A model generated the notes under the pieces. The model was not told the DNA's origin. It did no database searches and saw only the letters and a list, made by a program, of their open reading frames with translations. A stretch of DNA of 64,000 bases from Spirochaetia bacterium (GTDB lineage Bacteria > Spirochaetota > Spirochaetia > SZUA-6 > Bin103): the NCBI GenBank assembly GCA_965203905.1, contig CBDBDQ010000005.1, forward strand, positions 4,000,001-4,064,000, given 5' to 3'. Positions 28,537 through 38,733 of the stretch are shown piece after piece (positions within the stretch are counted from its first letter, which is position 1; the number at the start of each line of letters is the position of its first letter). Both the position numbers and the translations under genes were made by a program.

Positions 28537-30213
28537 ATGCGCATGCGTACCCTGGAGGGCACCGGCCGCCTGTTCGACGTGTGGCGGATTCCCGAGCGCT
28601 TCACCAAGAACCCCGACATCATCCGCTTCCCGTCGGGCAGGCTGATGCTGGTGTTCTGCGACTGCGACAAGCACTGGCCGGAGGAGTCGAGCCGCATCAC
28701 CACCCTGGAGAGCGGCGACGGCGGCGCCACCTGGGGCAACCCGCGGGTGGTGGCGGAGGCGCTGATCGACAAGGGCGAGGAGCGCTGGCTCACGCCGCGG
28801 CTGAGCCGCCTGCGCAGCGGCCGCCTGGTGATCGTGTGCGACCACGACGACTACCACTACTACCACATCGAGCGCCCGTCGGGGGTGTGGATCTGGTTCA
28901 GCGACGACGAGGGCGCCACCTGGAGCGAGCCGCGCCACACCACCATCCCCGGCATCGAGCCGGACCGGGTGGTGGAGCTGGCGGACGGGGCGCTGATCAC
29001 CACCACCGAGGTGGTGCTGCACGACAACTGGCGGCTGGCGATGCTGGCCAGCCGCTCCCGCGACGGCGGCCTGACCTGGGACCCGCCGAGCGTGGTGGCC
29101 AAGGACCCGGGCCACGACTACAACGAGGGCGCGGTGGTGGTGCTCTCCAACGGCGCGCTGGCCTGCGTGATGCGCGAGGAGAACCACAACGGCTATCCCT
29201 CCTGCGTCGCCTTCTCCTACGACTTGGGCCGCACCTGGAGCGGCGTGCGGCCGCTGCCGTTCTCCGGCGACCGGCCCTACGCCAAGGAGCTGCGCGACGG
29301 CCGCGTGCTGGTGACCTACCGCAACCAGGCCGGCAACCGCGGCACCCACGCCTGGGTCGGCGACCTGACCGACACCGCATACCAGGTGTCAGGGGTGCAC
29401 TACGGTGACGAGGTGCGCCTGACCGGCGACGCCCTGCACATCGCCAACCGCCCGCGCGGCGTCACCCGCTACCTGCTGCAGCCGCCGGAGAACCTGCGCA
29501 GCGACATCCTGCTGGAGGCGCGGCTGCGGGTGGCCGGGCCGCCCGGCGTGCCGCTGGCCACGCTGCACGTGAGCCGGGTGTCGTTCCGCGTGCTGGTGCT
29601 GCGCGACGCCATCTGGTGCGACTTCCGGCGGCGGCCGGCGAGCAGCGCCAACCCCGGCTTCCACGGCTCCACCAGCGGCCCGCGGGTGGACGCCGCGCAC
29701 CCGGTGGACATGACCGAGTACCACACCGTTCGGGTCCAGGCCACGGCCGGCCGCATGTGGGTGAGCGTGGACGGCGAGGAGGTGATCCACGGCGTGGTGA
29801 CCCGCGAGTGGCCGCTGGAGGAGACCTGGTTCGGGCGCGAGCCGGAGGCCGGCGGCGAGGCGTGGTTTCAGCACGTGAGCTACCACATCCGCAACCGGCA
29901 CGAGCCGGAGTACGTGTGGCACTGGAACGCGCGCCGCGGCCGCCTGCCCGACCAGTACCAGCTCGATCACATGCTGGAGATCAGCACCAACCCGCCGGCC
30001 GACCCCGTGGCCTACAGCGAAGGGCACCGCGGCGAGGTCAGCAGCGGCGTGCCCGACAACGGCTACTCGTCGTGGGTGGAGCTGCCCGACGGCAACGTCT
30101 ACTTCGTCGACTACACCAACCACGGCGACCCGGCTCCCTTCGGCCACCTGTACGGCGCCGTGCTGACCCCGGACGATTTTCCACAGCCGGACGCCGGACA
30201 CAGCCGGCGGTAG
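28537..30213 (+). CDS. sialidase-like BNR protein with inserted domain (paralog of 10388-11998)
   Basis: RFTKNPD, TPRLSRL, EPDRVVEL, RPYAK, DNGYSSW, VDYTNHGDP shared with the 10388 protein. Confidence 0.8.
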   Translation: MRMRTLEGTGRLFDVWRIPERFTKNPDIIRFPSGRLMLVFCDCDKHWPEESSRITTLESGDGGATWGNPRVVAEALIDKGEERWLTPRLSRLRSGRLVIVCDHDDYHYYHIERPSGVWIWFSDDEGATWSEPRHTTIPGIEPDRVVELADGALITTTEVVLHDNWRLAMLASRSRDGGLTWDPPSVVAKDPGHDYNEGAVVVLSNGALACVMREENHNGYPSCVAFSYDLGRTWSGVRPLPFSGDRPYAKELRDGRVLVTYRNQAGNRGTHAWVGDLTDTAYQVSGVHYGDEVRLTGDALHIANRPRGVTRYLLQPPENLRSDILLEARLRVAGPPGVPLATLHVSRVSFRVLVLRDAIWCDFRRRPASSANPGFHGSTSGPRVDAAHPVDMTEYHTVRVQATAGRMWVSVDGEEVIHGVVTREWPLEETWFGREPEAGGEAWFQHVSYHIRNRHEPEYVWHWNARRGRLPDQYQLDHMLEISTNPPADPVAYSEGHRGEVSSGVPDNGYSSWVELPDGNVYFVDYTNHGDPAPFGHLYGAVLTPDDFPQPDAGHSRR

Positions 30214-30217
30214 GGTA

Positions 30218-32185
30218 TTGGCCACGACCATTCCCGCGGCCCGCGCGGAGGCTGCGCTGGTAGCCGCCGCGCTGGCAGGCAACGACGAGCGGGTCGACTC
30301 GATCCTGGAGCGGAACCCGGGGCTGGCCACGGAGTCGGTTGCGGGCGCCCTGGTGCTGGCAGACCCGGCAGCAGCGGGACATCTCCGTCCGGAGAACGTC
30401 AACGCTGCCGTCGGGGAGCGCCGCTGGCCGCCCCTGTTGACGCTCTGCAGCTCCCGCTACCGGTATGGCGACGCGGTGATCCGCGCGGCCCGACTGAAGC
30501 TCGCCCGCACGCTCCTGAAACTGGGCGCCGACCCCAACGCCGGCACGCCCGAGAGGGAAACGGTGCGCGGCTACCGCACCGTGCTCGGGGCCGCCGTCGG
30601 CCGGGCCCGACATCCGCAGCTCGTGCGCCTGCTGCTGTCGCAGGGAGCCGATGCCGCCGACGGTCCCACGTTGTATGAGGGCAGCGCCACGTGGGAGGCG
30701 GTGCGGCGTTGCGACCGCGGGAGCCTGGAGGAGTTGCTCGCCGCCGAGCCGCCGCACTGGCACCTCTGCCACGCGCTGCCACAGAGCCTGCTGCACGACG
30801 ACGTCGAGTTGACGCGCCGGCTGCTGCAAGCCGAGGCCGATCCCAACTGGACCATGGGGGCGTGGGGATTCGGCGGCAACTGCCTGCACGAGGCGGTGGC
30901 GCTCGGCACCGGAGCCGCCGTGCTGGAGGCGCTGCTGAAGCACGGTGCCCAGGTGGAATCCCACGACCGGGACGGCCGCACGCCCCTGGCGCTGGCGGTC
31001 TGTCTTGACCGCACCCCGTTGGCCGGGGTGCTGCACGCGGCCGGTGCGCGCGAGCGCGAGGTGCGGAACGTCGACCGCTGGGTCGGCGCCTGTTTCGCCC
31101 ACGACGGCGACCGGGCCCGCAGGATGCTGGTGGCCGGCATCGAGGAGTTGCGAACCGCGGATCACCTGTGGCTCTGCCGGGCTGCCCGCAGCGGCGATGC
31201 GCAGGCGGTGGCCCTCCTGCTCCAGGGCGGCGTCGATGCCCGCTCGGCCGACGATGATGGGCAGCCGGCGATCCACCTGGCCGTGCGCGCCGGCGACGCC
31301 GAGGGGTGCCGGGCGCTGCTCGCCGGCGGCGCCGATCCGTGGGCCCTGAACTACGCCGGCCAGACCGCGCTCGACTGCGTTCCGAAGGTTGCGGACCGTG
31401 CGGCGCGGGACGAACTGGCGCGAGCGCTGGGCCAGGCCCGGCCTCGAGCGCACACGGTTCCCTTCGACGACCCGGAGCTGGCCGCCGCGTTCGAACGCGC
31501 CGCGGACGCGGTCGTCGGCGGCGATCTCGATGGTCTGCGCGCGCTGCTTCGCGAGCGGCCCGAGCTCGCGACGGCACGCTCCTCGCGCCCGCACCGTTGC
31601 ACGCTGCTGCACTACCTGGGCGCCAACGGGGTGGAAGGCGAGCGCCAGAAGACGCCCGCGAACGCGGTGGCGGTGATCGACCTGCTGCTCGCCGCGGGCA
31701 GCGATCCGAACGCGAGCTGCTACACCTATCGCGGCGGCCCGGGGCAGACTGCCGCCGGGCTGTTGGTGGGCAGTGCTGCGCCCAGGGAAGCGCGGCTGAC
31801 GCTGCCAATGATGGCGGCGCTGGCCCGCGGCGGTGCACGCCTGGACGCGGTCTACACCCTGCTGGTCCGGCTGTCCGTGGGAGACCGTGTCGACCTAACG
31901 GCGGAGCTGGCCGGCCGCGCCCTGGTGGAGAGCGTCACGCTGGGCGAGCCGAGGCTCGTGCAGGCGTTGCTGGACGCCGGCGTGGAGGTCGACAGCCGGC
32001 GCGGCGACGGGGCCACCGCGTTGCACCTGGCCGCGTTCGACGGCGACGCGGCAGTGGTCGAGAAACTGCTGGCGCGCGGCGCGGACCGCAGCCTGCGCGA
32101 CAACGTGTTCGACGGCACGCCCGCCGGCTGGGCCCACGCCGGCGGCCACACCGAGCTTGGCAACCGGCTGGCCAAGCCCCTATGA
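30218..32185 (+). CDS. ankyrin-repeat protein
   Basis: LLKLGADPN, DGRTPLALA, GQPAIHLA, GATALHLAA, LLARGAD. Confidence 0.9.
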   Translation: MATTIPAARAEAALVAAALAGNDERVDSILERNPGLATESVAGALVLADPAAAGHLRPENVNAAVGERRWPPLLTLCSSRYRYGDAVIRAARLKLARTLLKLGADPNAGTPERETVRGYRTVLGAAVGRARHPQLVRLLLSQGADAADGPTLYEGSATWEAVRRCDRGSLEELLAAEPPHWHLCHALPQSLLHDDVELTRRLLQAEADPNWTMGAWGFGGNCLHEAVALGTGAAVLEALLKHGAQVESHDRDGRTPLALAVCLDRTPLAGVLHAAGAREREVRNVDRWVGACFAHDGDRARRMLVAGIEELRTADHLWLCRAARSGDAQAVALLLQGGVDARSADDDGQPAIHLAVRAGDAEGCRALLAGGADPWALNYAGQTALDCVPKVADRAARDELARALGQARPRAHTVPFDDPELAAAFERAADAVVGGDLDGLRALLRERPELATARSSRPHRCTLLHYLGANGVEGERQKTPANAVAVIDLLLAAGSDPNASCYTYRGGPGQTAAGLLVGSAAPREARLTLPMMAALARGGARLDAVYTLLVRLSVGDRVDLTAELAGRALVESVTLGEPRLVQALLDAGVEVDSRRGDGATALHLAAFDGDAAVVEKLLARGADRSLRDNVFDGTPAGWAHAGGHTELGNRLAKPL

Positions 32186-32479
32186 ATCGTCGCTCAGCCT
32201 TGAGGGCATGTCCATACGATCATGGAGGATCCGTACCACCACGATGGCGTTGGGTTCGAGGCGATAGAAGATCCGGTGGCGCCCACTGCTTACGGCGCGA
32301 TACTCGGTGGCGGCGAAATCGTACACGCGACCGCTGCGCGGATGCCGAACCACGCGTTCGACGGCTGCGCGCAGTTGTGACAGGTAGTGCTCGGCCTGTG
32401 CCAGGCCCCACATCTCCCGGGTGGCATCGTGGATCTGGTCCAGGTCAGCGAGCGCCGCCGGCCGGTAGAGGACTTGCAC
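32180..32479 (-). CDS. parE: ParE/RelE family toxin
   Basis: AALADLDQIHDAT..WGLAQAEHY...HRIFYR...VVRILHDRMD. Confidence 0.88.
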   Translation of the reverse strand: MQVLYRPAALADLDQIHDATREMWGLAQAEHYLSQLRAAVERVVRHPRSGRVYDFAATEYRAVSSGRHRIFYRLEPNAIVVVRILHDRMDMPSRLSDDS

Positions 32480-32480
32480 C

Positions 32481-32723
32481 TCACCGCGGCCCGGCCCGCT
32501 TGCGTGCCAGAAACTCATCCCAATCCAGCGGTATCGCCGGGCCACTCGCTTCGCCCTCCAGCAGTGCGGCCCGCAACGCCCGCTTCCCGGTTTCGGCATC
32601 CTCCAGCAGTCGAAGGCCGGCACGCACCACTTCACTTGCGTTGCTGAATCTGCCGTCTTTGATCTGCTCTTCGACGAAACGGCTGAAGTGCTCCCCCAGG
32701 GTCACGCTCGTGTTTCTCGCCAT
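32481..32723 (-). CDS. parD: ParD (ribbon-helix-helix) antitoxin
   Basis: MARNTSVTLGEHFSRFVEEQIKDGRFSNASEVVRAGLRLLE. Confidence 0.92.
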   Translation of the reverse strand: MARNTSVTLGEHFSRFVEEQIKDGRFSNASEVVRAGLRLLEDAETGKRALRAALLEGEASGPAIPLDWDEFLARKRAGPR

Positions 32724-32773
32724 GCGGATCTCCCATCGTGAGGTTGTGCTAATACTATATAATACATACTGAC

Positions 32774-34639
32774 ATGGACTATCCCATCACGCCGGTCGCG
32801 TTCACGGCGGTGACCTTTGACGACGGCTTCTGGCTGCCGCGGCTCACGACCAACCGCGAGGTCACCATCCCCTACGACTTTCGCAAGTGCGAGGAGACCG
32901 GCCGCATCGACAACTTCGCCAAGGCGGCGGGCCTCATGGCGGGCCCCCACGAGGGAATCTTCTTCAACGACTCCGACGTGTTCAAAGTGGTCGAGGGAGC
33001 AGCCGGCTCACTGAGCCTCCACCCCGACCCCGAGCTCGACGCCTACCTCGACGACCTCATCGCCAAGATCGCCGGCGCCCAGGAGGAGGACGGCTACCTC
33101 TACACCGCGCGCACCATCGACCCCGCCCGGATGGACCCCGGACGGGAGGGGCTCACGCGCTGGTCCAACCTGCTGGTCAGCCACGAGCTCTATAACGTCG
33201 GCCACCTGTACGAGGCCGCCGTCGCCCACCACCAGGCCACCGGCAAGCGCTCCCTGCTGGCGGTGGCGATCCGCAACGCGGAGCTGATCGCCGGTGTCTT
33301 CGGGCCCGGCAAGATCCGCGACGTTCCCGGTCACGAGGAGATCGAGATTGGCCTGGTGAAGCTCTACCGCGCGACCGGGGAGCGTCGCTACCTCGATCTC
33401 GCGAAGTTCTTTCTCGACCAGCGCGGCCAGCCCGACCGCGGCAACCTGCAGTCGAACTACGACAACCCCGGCTACAACCAGGACCATCTGCCCGTGACCG
33501 AGCAGCGCGAAGCGGTCGGCCACGCCGTGCGGGCGGGCTACCTGTACAGCGGCATGGCCGACGTCGCCGCGCTCACCGGCGACCGTGCCTACATCGCCGC
33601 GCTCGACGCGCTCTGGACCAGCGTCGTGGCCAGACGCATGTACCTCACCGGCGGCATCGGGTCCCGCCACCACGGCGAAACCTTCGGCGAGGACTACGAG
33701 CTGCCCAACGCCGAAGCTTACGCCGAGACCTGCGCCGCGCTCGCCAACGTCCTGTGGAACCACCGGATGTTCCTGCTGCACGGCGACGGAAAGTACCTCG
33801 ACGTGCTGGAGCGCACCCTCTACAACGGGTTCCTCTCCGGAATCTCGCTATCGGGCGACGCCTTCTTCTACGCCAACCCGCTCGCCTCGGACGGCGAGTG
33901 GCCGTTCAACGTCCGCACCGGCGCCGTGCGCTACCCCTGGTTCGAGTGCTCGTGCTGCCCTACCAACGTGGTGCGGTTGCTGCCGTCGCTGCCGGGCTAC
34001 GCCTACGCCCACCGGGACGGCGACCTGTTCGTCAACCTCTACGTCGCCGGCACCGCCACCGTTCCCGCGGCCGCGGGCGACGTGACCCTCACCCTGGAGA
34101 CCGGCTACCCCTGGTCCGGCGCCGTCAAGCTCACCGTCGACCCGTCGCGGGAGTCCGCGTTCGCACTGCGCCTCCGTATTCCCGGCTGGACCCGCGGCGA
34201 GCCCGTCCCCAGCGACCTCTACCGCTACCTGGACGCTGCCTCCGAGGCGCCCTCCCTGCGGGTGAACGGCATGCCCGCCGACCTGGAACTGGAGCGGGGT
34301 TTCGCGGTCATCCGGCGTCGCTGGCGCCCGGGCGATGCGGTCGAACTGCACCTGCCGATGCCCGTCCGGCGGGTCGTGAGCCACGCGGGCATCGCGGGCA
34401 ATCGCGGCCGCGTCGCGGTCGAGCGCGGGCCGCTGGTCTACTGCGCCGAGGGGGTCGACAACGGCGGCAATGCCCTGGAGCTAACCCTGCCGGACGGCGC
34501 CGCGCTCGCGGCCGGGCACGACCCCGCCCTGCTGGGCGGGGTGACGACGATCCGCGGGGACGGGATCACTCTGATTCCGTACTACGCCTGGTCGCACCGC
34601 GGCGCCGGCGAGATGAACGTCTGGCTCAAGCACAGGTAA
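32774..34639 (+). CDS. glycoside hydrolase family 127 (beta-L-arabinofuranosidase-like)
   Basis: NDSDVFK, HELYNVGH, PGHEEIE, GHAVRA, YAETC, WFECSCCPTN, IPYYAWSHRG. Confidence 0.92.
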   Translation: MDYPITPVAFTAVTFDDGFWLPRLTTNREVTIPYDFRKCEETGRIDNFAKAAGLMAGPHEGIFFNDSDVFKVVEGAAGSLSLHPDPELDAYLDDLIAKIAGAQEEDGYLYTARTIDPARMDPGREGLTRWSNLLVSHELYNVGHLYEAAVAHHQATGKRSLLAVAIRNAELIAGVFGPGKIRDVPGHEEIEIGLVKLYRATGERRYLDLAKFFLDQRGQPDRGNLQSNYDNPGYNQDHLPVTEQREAVGHAVRAGYLYSGMADVAALTGDRAYIAALDALWTSVVARRMYLTGGIGSRHHGETFGEDYELPNAEAYAETCAALANVLWNHRMFLLHGDGKYLDVLERTLYNGFLSGISLSGDAFFYANPLASDGEWPFNVRTGAVRYPWFECSCCPTNVVRLLPSLPGYAYAHRDGDLFVNLYVAGTATVPAAAGDVTLTLETGYPWSGAVKLTVDPSRESAFALRLRIPGWTRGEPVPSDLYRYLDAASEAPSLRVNGMPADLELERGFAVIRRRWRPGDAVELHLPMPVRRVVSHAGIAGNRGRVAVERGPLVYCAEGVDNGGNALELTLPDGAALAAGHDPALLGGVTTIRGDGITLIPYYAWSHRGAGEMNVWLKHR

Positions 34640-34659
34640 CCGGTATCACGCGCACGTAA

Positions 34660-35499
34660 CTATTTGTCCAGGAGACGCTCGTACTCGATATCGGAGGAGC
34701 GCTTGACGCCATGCTGCGCGGCCCATTCCCGGAGCGCCCACGGGTCAAGTATCGTGCTGGGATTCTTGTGCGCGCCGATCAACTGCCGCGCGATCGGGTC
34801 GGTTACCTTTTGCAACAGCCAGTCCGGCTGCACGTCGTAGTCGAGCGGACTGATCCAACCGTAACTGTATCCCATCATCAGACACTTTCTGGGGACGTCA
34901 GTCCGATTGAGCCCTACCCTGTGGAAGGTACGGCTCTCGAAGAGAAACGCATCGCCGGCCTGCAACTCCAGTTCCACGGCGCCATCCGGATCGTTCCGAC
35001 CCTCGGGAATCTGGAGGCGGCGGGTAAGATTGTTGCTTCCCGGAAGCAGTATCGTGTTCCCGCTGAGTGCGCTCGTGTCGGTGAGCTGATAGGCAATCTT
35101 GATCAGCATGCGCGGATAGCGGTGGGGCCCGAGGTCGAACGGGCTCTCCATGAAATCCCGGTGCCAGTTGGTCGACGGGCTGGCGTCGGGAGGGTCCGGG
35201 TACTTGTAGATGAGGTGCGACTTGGCAAGGCGGATGTCGAAGCTCAGCAGTTGCACCACCAGCGGCACGGTAGTGTCCCACGTAAGCAGGGACAGAAAGA
35301 CGTCATCCTCAGGCAGCACGTTGTCCAGACTGATGCGCCGGGAGTCTTCGTCCCGGTGCTGGCGGGCGATCCTGTCACATGCCGCGGTAACCCGTTGCAC
35401 CATGTCGGCGGGCAACGCCTGACGTACGACCAGGTATCCGTTGCGGTCGAAGAACTCCCGCTGCTCGTCTTCAAGCCGAGTGAATTTCATTCGTTCCAT
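34660..35499 (-). CDS. PhyH family dioxygenase
   Basis: FDRNGYLVV, WHRD, LPGSN, AGDAFLFESRTFH; lower GC than neighbours. Confidence 0.85.
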   Translation of the reverse strand: MERMKFTRLEDEQREFFDRNGYLVVRQALPADMVQRVTAACDRIARQHRDEDSRRISLDNVLPEDDVFLSLLTWDTTVPLVVQLLSFDIRLAKSHLIYKYPDPPDASPSTNWHRDFMESPFDLGPHRYPRMLIKIAYQLTDTSALSGNTILLPGSNNLTRRLQIPEGRNDPDGAVELELQAGDAFLFESRTFHRVGLNRTDVPRKCLMMGYSYGWISPLDYDVQPDWLLQKVTDPIARQLIGAHKNPSTILDPWALREWAAQHGVKRSSDIEYERLLDK

Positions 35500-35600
35500 T
35501 TGTGCCTCCGAAGGCGTTCGAAGTCAAGCCAGAGCGCACTGAGCACGGCACGGGCCGCAGGTGACAGACGGCCGGTGCAGCCGCTACCCTGTGCAAGCAA

Positions 35601-36674
35601 ATGAAAGCGGCGCTGACGTTCGGACCCGGCGACATACGGGTGGAATCGATGACCGATCCCGTGCCCGATTCCGGAGAGGTCCTCGTCGAGGTGGGCGGCT
35701 GTGGGATCTGTGGCGGCGATTACAGCGGCCACAAGCCGGGCGCGAACCGGTCGGCGAGAGGCCGGGAGCCGACGATCGCGGGACATGAAGTCGCGGGCAC
35801 CGTGGTGGCACGCGGCGCCGGCGTTCAAGGCTTGCCGCTCGGCAGCCGGGTTGCGGTGAGCCCGAATCGTCCCTGCGGACGCTGTCCTCCCTGCCACCGG
35901 GGAATGTCCCACCTGTGTGAGGACCGGATCCCGCACCCACGCCACAAGGGAGGGGGATTCGCCGAACTTACCGCCGTCTTTCCTGAGCAGTGTTACCCGA
36001 TCGACGATGGGACCAGCATGATCGAAGCCGCTGTCACCGAACCGCTCGCCTGCTGCCTGCATTCGACGAGTCGCATCGATGTCCGCCAGGGAGACTGCGT
36101 GGCGATCCTCGGCGGCGGCTTGAACGCACAGTTGTTCCTGCAGTTGACCCGCCTGAAGGGAGCCCGAAGGGTGGTGCTGGTCGACAGCATCGAAGACAGA
36201 TTGCAGGTGGCGTCGCGCCTGGGTGCGGACGAAGTCATCGACTGTTCTGCCATATCGTTCGAGGAAATCGAGTGCCGGTTCGCGCGCGGGGCGGACGTCG
36301 TGATCAACACCCGGGGATCGATGGAATTCACCGAGTTGGCATTCAGACTCTGTGCCATCGGGGCACGTCTCTTGTGCTACGGCGTCGCCCGCGCCGGAGA
36401 TACGGTAGCGGTCGAACCGCACATCATCTGGCGCAAGGAGATTCAGTTGATCGGCGGGCGTTCCTTCAACAATACCTTCGGCGCCGCGGCGGACCTCATC
36501 GACTCGGGGCGGATTCAGGTCGCTCCCTTGGTCACGCGCACCGTGAACCTGGAGCGCTACGCGGAGGTTGTAACCGCTCCGTCCGGCAATCACATCAAGA
36601 CGGTCGTGGTTCCCGATCAGGTGGAGGCGGAGAGTTGCGTCGATTCGGAGGCGGCCAAGCTCCGCCCAGCGTAG
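35601..36674 (+). CDS. zinc-dependent medium-chain dehydrogenase
   Basis: CGICGGD, GHEVAG, CGRCPPC...C, EPLACC. Confidence 0.9.
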   Translation: MKAALTFGPGDIRVESMTDPVPDSGEVLVEVGGCGICGGDYSGHKPGANRSARGREPTIAGHEVAGTVVARGAGVQGLPLGSRVAVSPNRPCGRCPPCHRGMSHLCEDRIPHPRHKGGGFAELTAVFPEQCYPIDDGTSMIEAAVTEPLACCLHSTSRIDVRQGDCVAILGGGLNAQLFLQLTRLKGARRVVLVDSIEDRLQVASRLGADEVIDCSAISFEEIECRFARGADVVINTRGSMEFTELAFRLCAIGARLLCYGVARAGDTVAVEPHIIWRKEIQLIGGRSFNNTFGAAADLIDSGRIQVAPLVTRTVNLERYAEVVTAPSGNHIKTVVVPDQVEAESCVDSEAAKLRPA

Positions 36675-36699
36675 CGATCCGGCAGCGGGCTACCGGGGC

Positions 36700-37512
36700 T
36701 CATCCTCGCGGCGCGGCGTGCGGCCTCACCCAGTGGCGGTAGAGAGGCTTGACGTCCTCGGGAAGCGCTGCGTAGATCTCCGGCGGCACGGCGGCAACCT
36801 CGTTTTCCGCCAGCCCCGTCGCCTCCAGCATCCGCGCCCGCTCCGGTGACCCGGGCATCAGGATGTCGAGGTTCAACCACCAGGGCGCGTAGCGAACCAC
36901 CAGGCCCACCCGCGCCTCGGTGCTGGTGTTGGGGGTGACGGCGTGCCACAGCCGGCTGTCGCACAGCAGCACGCTGCCGGGTTCTCCGGTAGCGCGGATC
37001 TCTCCGGGATGGGGCCGCCACGGATCGACACCATTGTCGCCGGAAGGATTGTTCGCGGAGCGGTGGCTGCCCGGCACGATGGCGGTGGCTCCGGTCTCGA
37101 TGGAGAACCGAGACAGCATCCAGATCGTGGTCAGGTGGATGACGGCGTCGGGGTAGGGCGCCGGAATGTGGCCGGCGTTGCCCTGGTTGAAGGGCCAGTC
37201 GGCGTGCAGGTTGCCGCGGGTGCAGCCGGGATAGTTGATCTGGCCACTGGTGAATGAGATGCGCACGTGGGGGCCGAACAGCGCCTCGGCTACGCCAAGC
37301 ACCCGGCGGTCGGCGAGATGGCACGCGAAAGATTGCTCGTAGGCGATCAGGCCCTTGCGGTTGCCCACCCGACTCGCCTCGTCGATGGTGCCGTGATGCC
37401 GCACCGCCAACTCGACACGCCGCCGAATGTGGTCCACCTCGTCACCGGGGATGACGCCCTCCAGCACGCAGTAGCCCTGCAGCCGCAGCCGCTCCAGCGC
37501 CGGTTCAGTCAT
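36700..37512 (-). CDS. PhyH family dioxygenase
   Basis: QGYCVLEGV, LHADWP, VPGSH, DSRLWHA. Confidence 0.88.
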   Translation of the reverse strand: MTEPALERLRLQGYCVLEGVIPGDEVDHIRRRVELAVRHHGTIDEASRVGNRKGLIAYEQSFACHLADRRVLGVAEALFGPHVRISFTSGQINYPGCTRGNLHADWPFNQGNAGHIPAPYPDAVIHLTTIWMLSRFSIETGATAIVPGSHRSANNPSGDNGVDPWRPHPGEIRATGEPGSVLLCDSRLWHAVTPNTSTEARVGLVVRYAPWWLNLDILMPGSPERARMLEATGLAENEVAAVPPEIYAALPEDVKPLYRHWVRPHAAPRG

Positions 37513-37528
37513 GGTTCGTGCCTTCCGC

Positions 37529-38665
37529 TCAGCGCTCGAAGCGCGGCTGGCGCGGGACAGAGTGGCGCTCCAGGCGCAGGTCGCTGCCATCTAGCGGCAG
37601 CCGCACGCGGGCGCCGCCGCGGCGGTGCGACTCGATGCAGGCGAAGATCAGCTCCGTGTTGGCGCGTGCGATGCGGACCCCGCCGCGTGGCGGCTGACCG
37701 GTATCCAGCGCGTGCACCAGGTCCATGATCAGGTTGACGGTAGAACTGCTGCGGGTGAACGGAGGGAAGCTGCCGTGGCGCAGAGTGGGGTGTCCGCGAT
37801 GGTTCACTCCGCCCGGCTCGCGCAGCAGAAATTCGTTGTCCGTCCCCACGGAGCTGATCACCGCCTGCTCGCACACCACCTCGACCTCGAACCGACGGCC
37901 GCTGTCGCAGGCGAACGCGACCACGCCGTTGGCGAACTGCAGGCGCCCGCCGCCGCTCGGATCGCTGTCGAGCAGACCACCGGCAAGCTCGTCGCCGCCC
38001 TGCGCCAGGTGGAACTGCACCCACTCCACCGGCTGGTCGTTGTTGAGCCACAGCAACAGGTCGAAACCATGGCTGCCCATGTTGAACAGGCCGTGCTCCT
38101 GGTGAACCGTCATCGACCGCAGGGTGCCGTACCGGCCGCCGTGGATCAGTTCCTTCATGGCGTCGTAGGGGGTGTCCCAGCGCCGGTTGGTGCCCATGTT
38201 GAAGGCCACGGCGTGGCGCTCCACCGCCGCCACCATGGCGTCCGCCTGCGCGAGTGAAGCGGCCATCGCCTTCTCCGCGTAGATCGCGCGCGCACCATGC
38301 TCGGCGGCATAGATCACGATCTCGGCGCGCTGCTCCGGCTGCGTGGCCACGCTCACGATCTCCGGCCGCTCGCGCGCCAGCATCTCGCGGTAGTCGCGGT
38401 AGCGGTGCGCCGGCGCTACGCGGTAACGCTCGCCGGCGTGCTCCATCACCTCGGCGCGTGGGTCGGACAGTGCCACCAGCTCGGTGCGCGGGCACGCCAG
38501 GTAACCGGCGGCGTGGGAGTAGGCGTGCGGCGAGGCGACCTCGTTGTCGATGAAAGCGCCCATGCGCCCGCAGCCGATCAGGGCGGCCCGATAGCGGCGT
38601 GGCGCTTGCGCACCTGGCGTGTCCGAACCGGCGCGGGCACCGGTCCGGTAACGGTAACTGGTCAT
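37529..38665 (-). CDS. Gfo/Idh/MocA family oxidoreductase
   Basis: IGCGRMG, YRDYREML, YAEKAMA, GSHGFD. Confidence 0.88.
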   Translation of the reverse strand: MTSYRYRTGARAGSDTPGAQAPRRYRAALIGCGRMGAFIDNEVASPHAYSHAAGYLACPRTELVALSDPRAEVMEHAGERYRVAPAHRYRDYREMLARERPEIVSVATQPEQRAEIVIYAAEHGARAIYAEKAMAASLAQADAMVAAVERHAVAFNMGTNRRWDTPYDAMKELIHGGRYGTLRSMTVHQEHGLFNMGSHGFDLLLWLNNDQPVEWVQFHLAQGGDELAGGLLDSDPSGGGRLQFANGVVAFACDSGRRFEVEVVCEQAVISSVGTDNEFLLREPGGVNHRGHPTLRHGSFPPFTRSSSTVNLIMDLVHALDTGQPPRGGVRIARANTELIFACIESHRRGGARVRLPLDGSDLRLERHSVPRQPRFER

Positions 38666-38733
38666 TGTGACTCTCCCCCTGACCGTAACGCGTTGTTGAC
38701 GATGACGCCACTGCCACGGCGTAATTCGGTGAC

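Noticed and set aside
10500-29300. Recurring agcgacgacggcggc...acctgg sequences
   Set aside because: These encode Asp-box (SxDxGxTW) motifs; they are not a DNA repeat array
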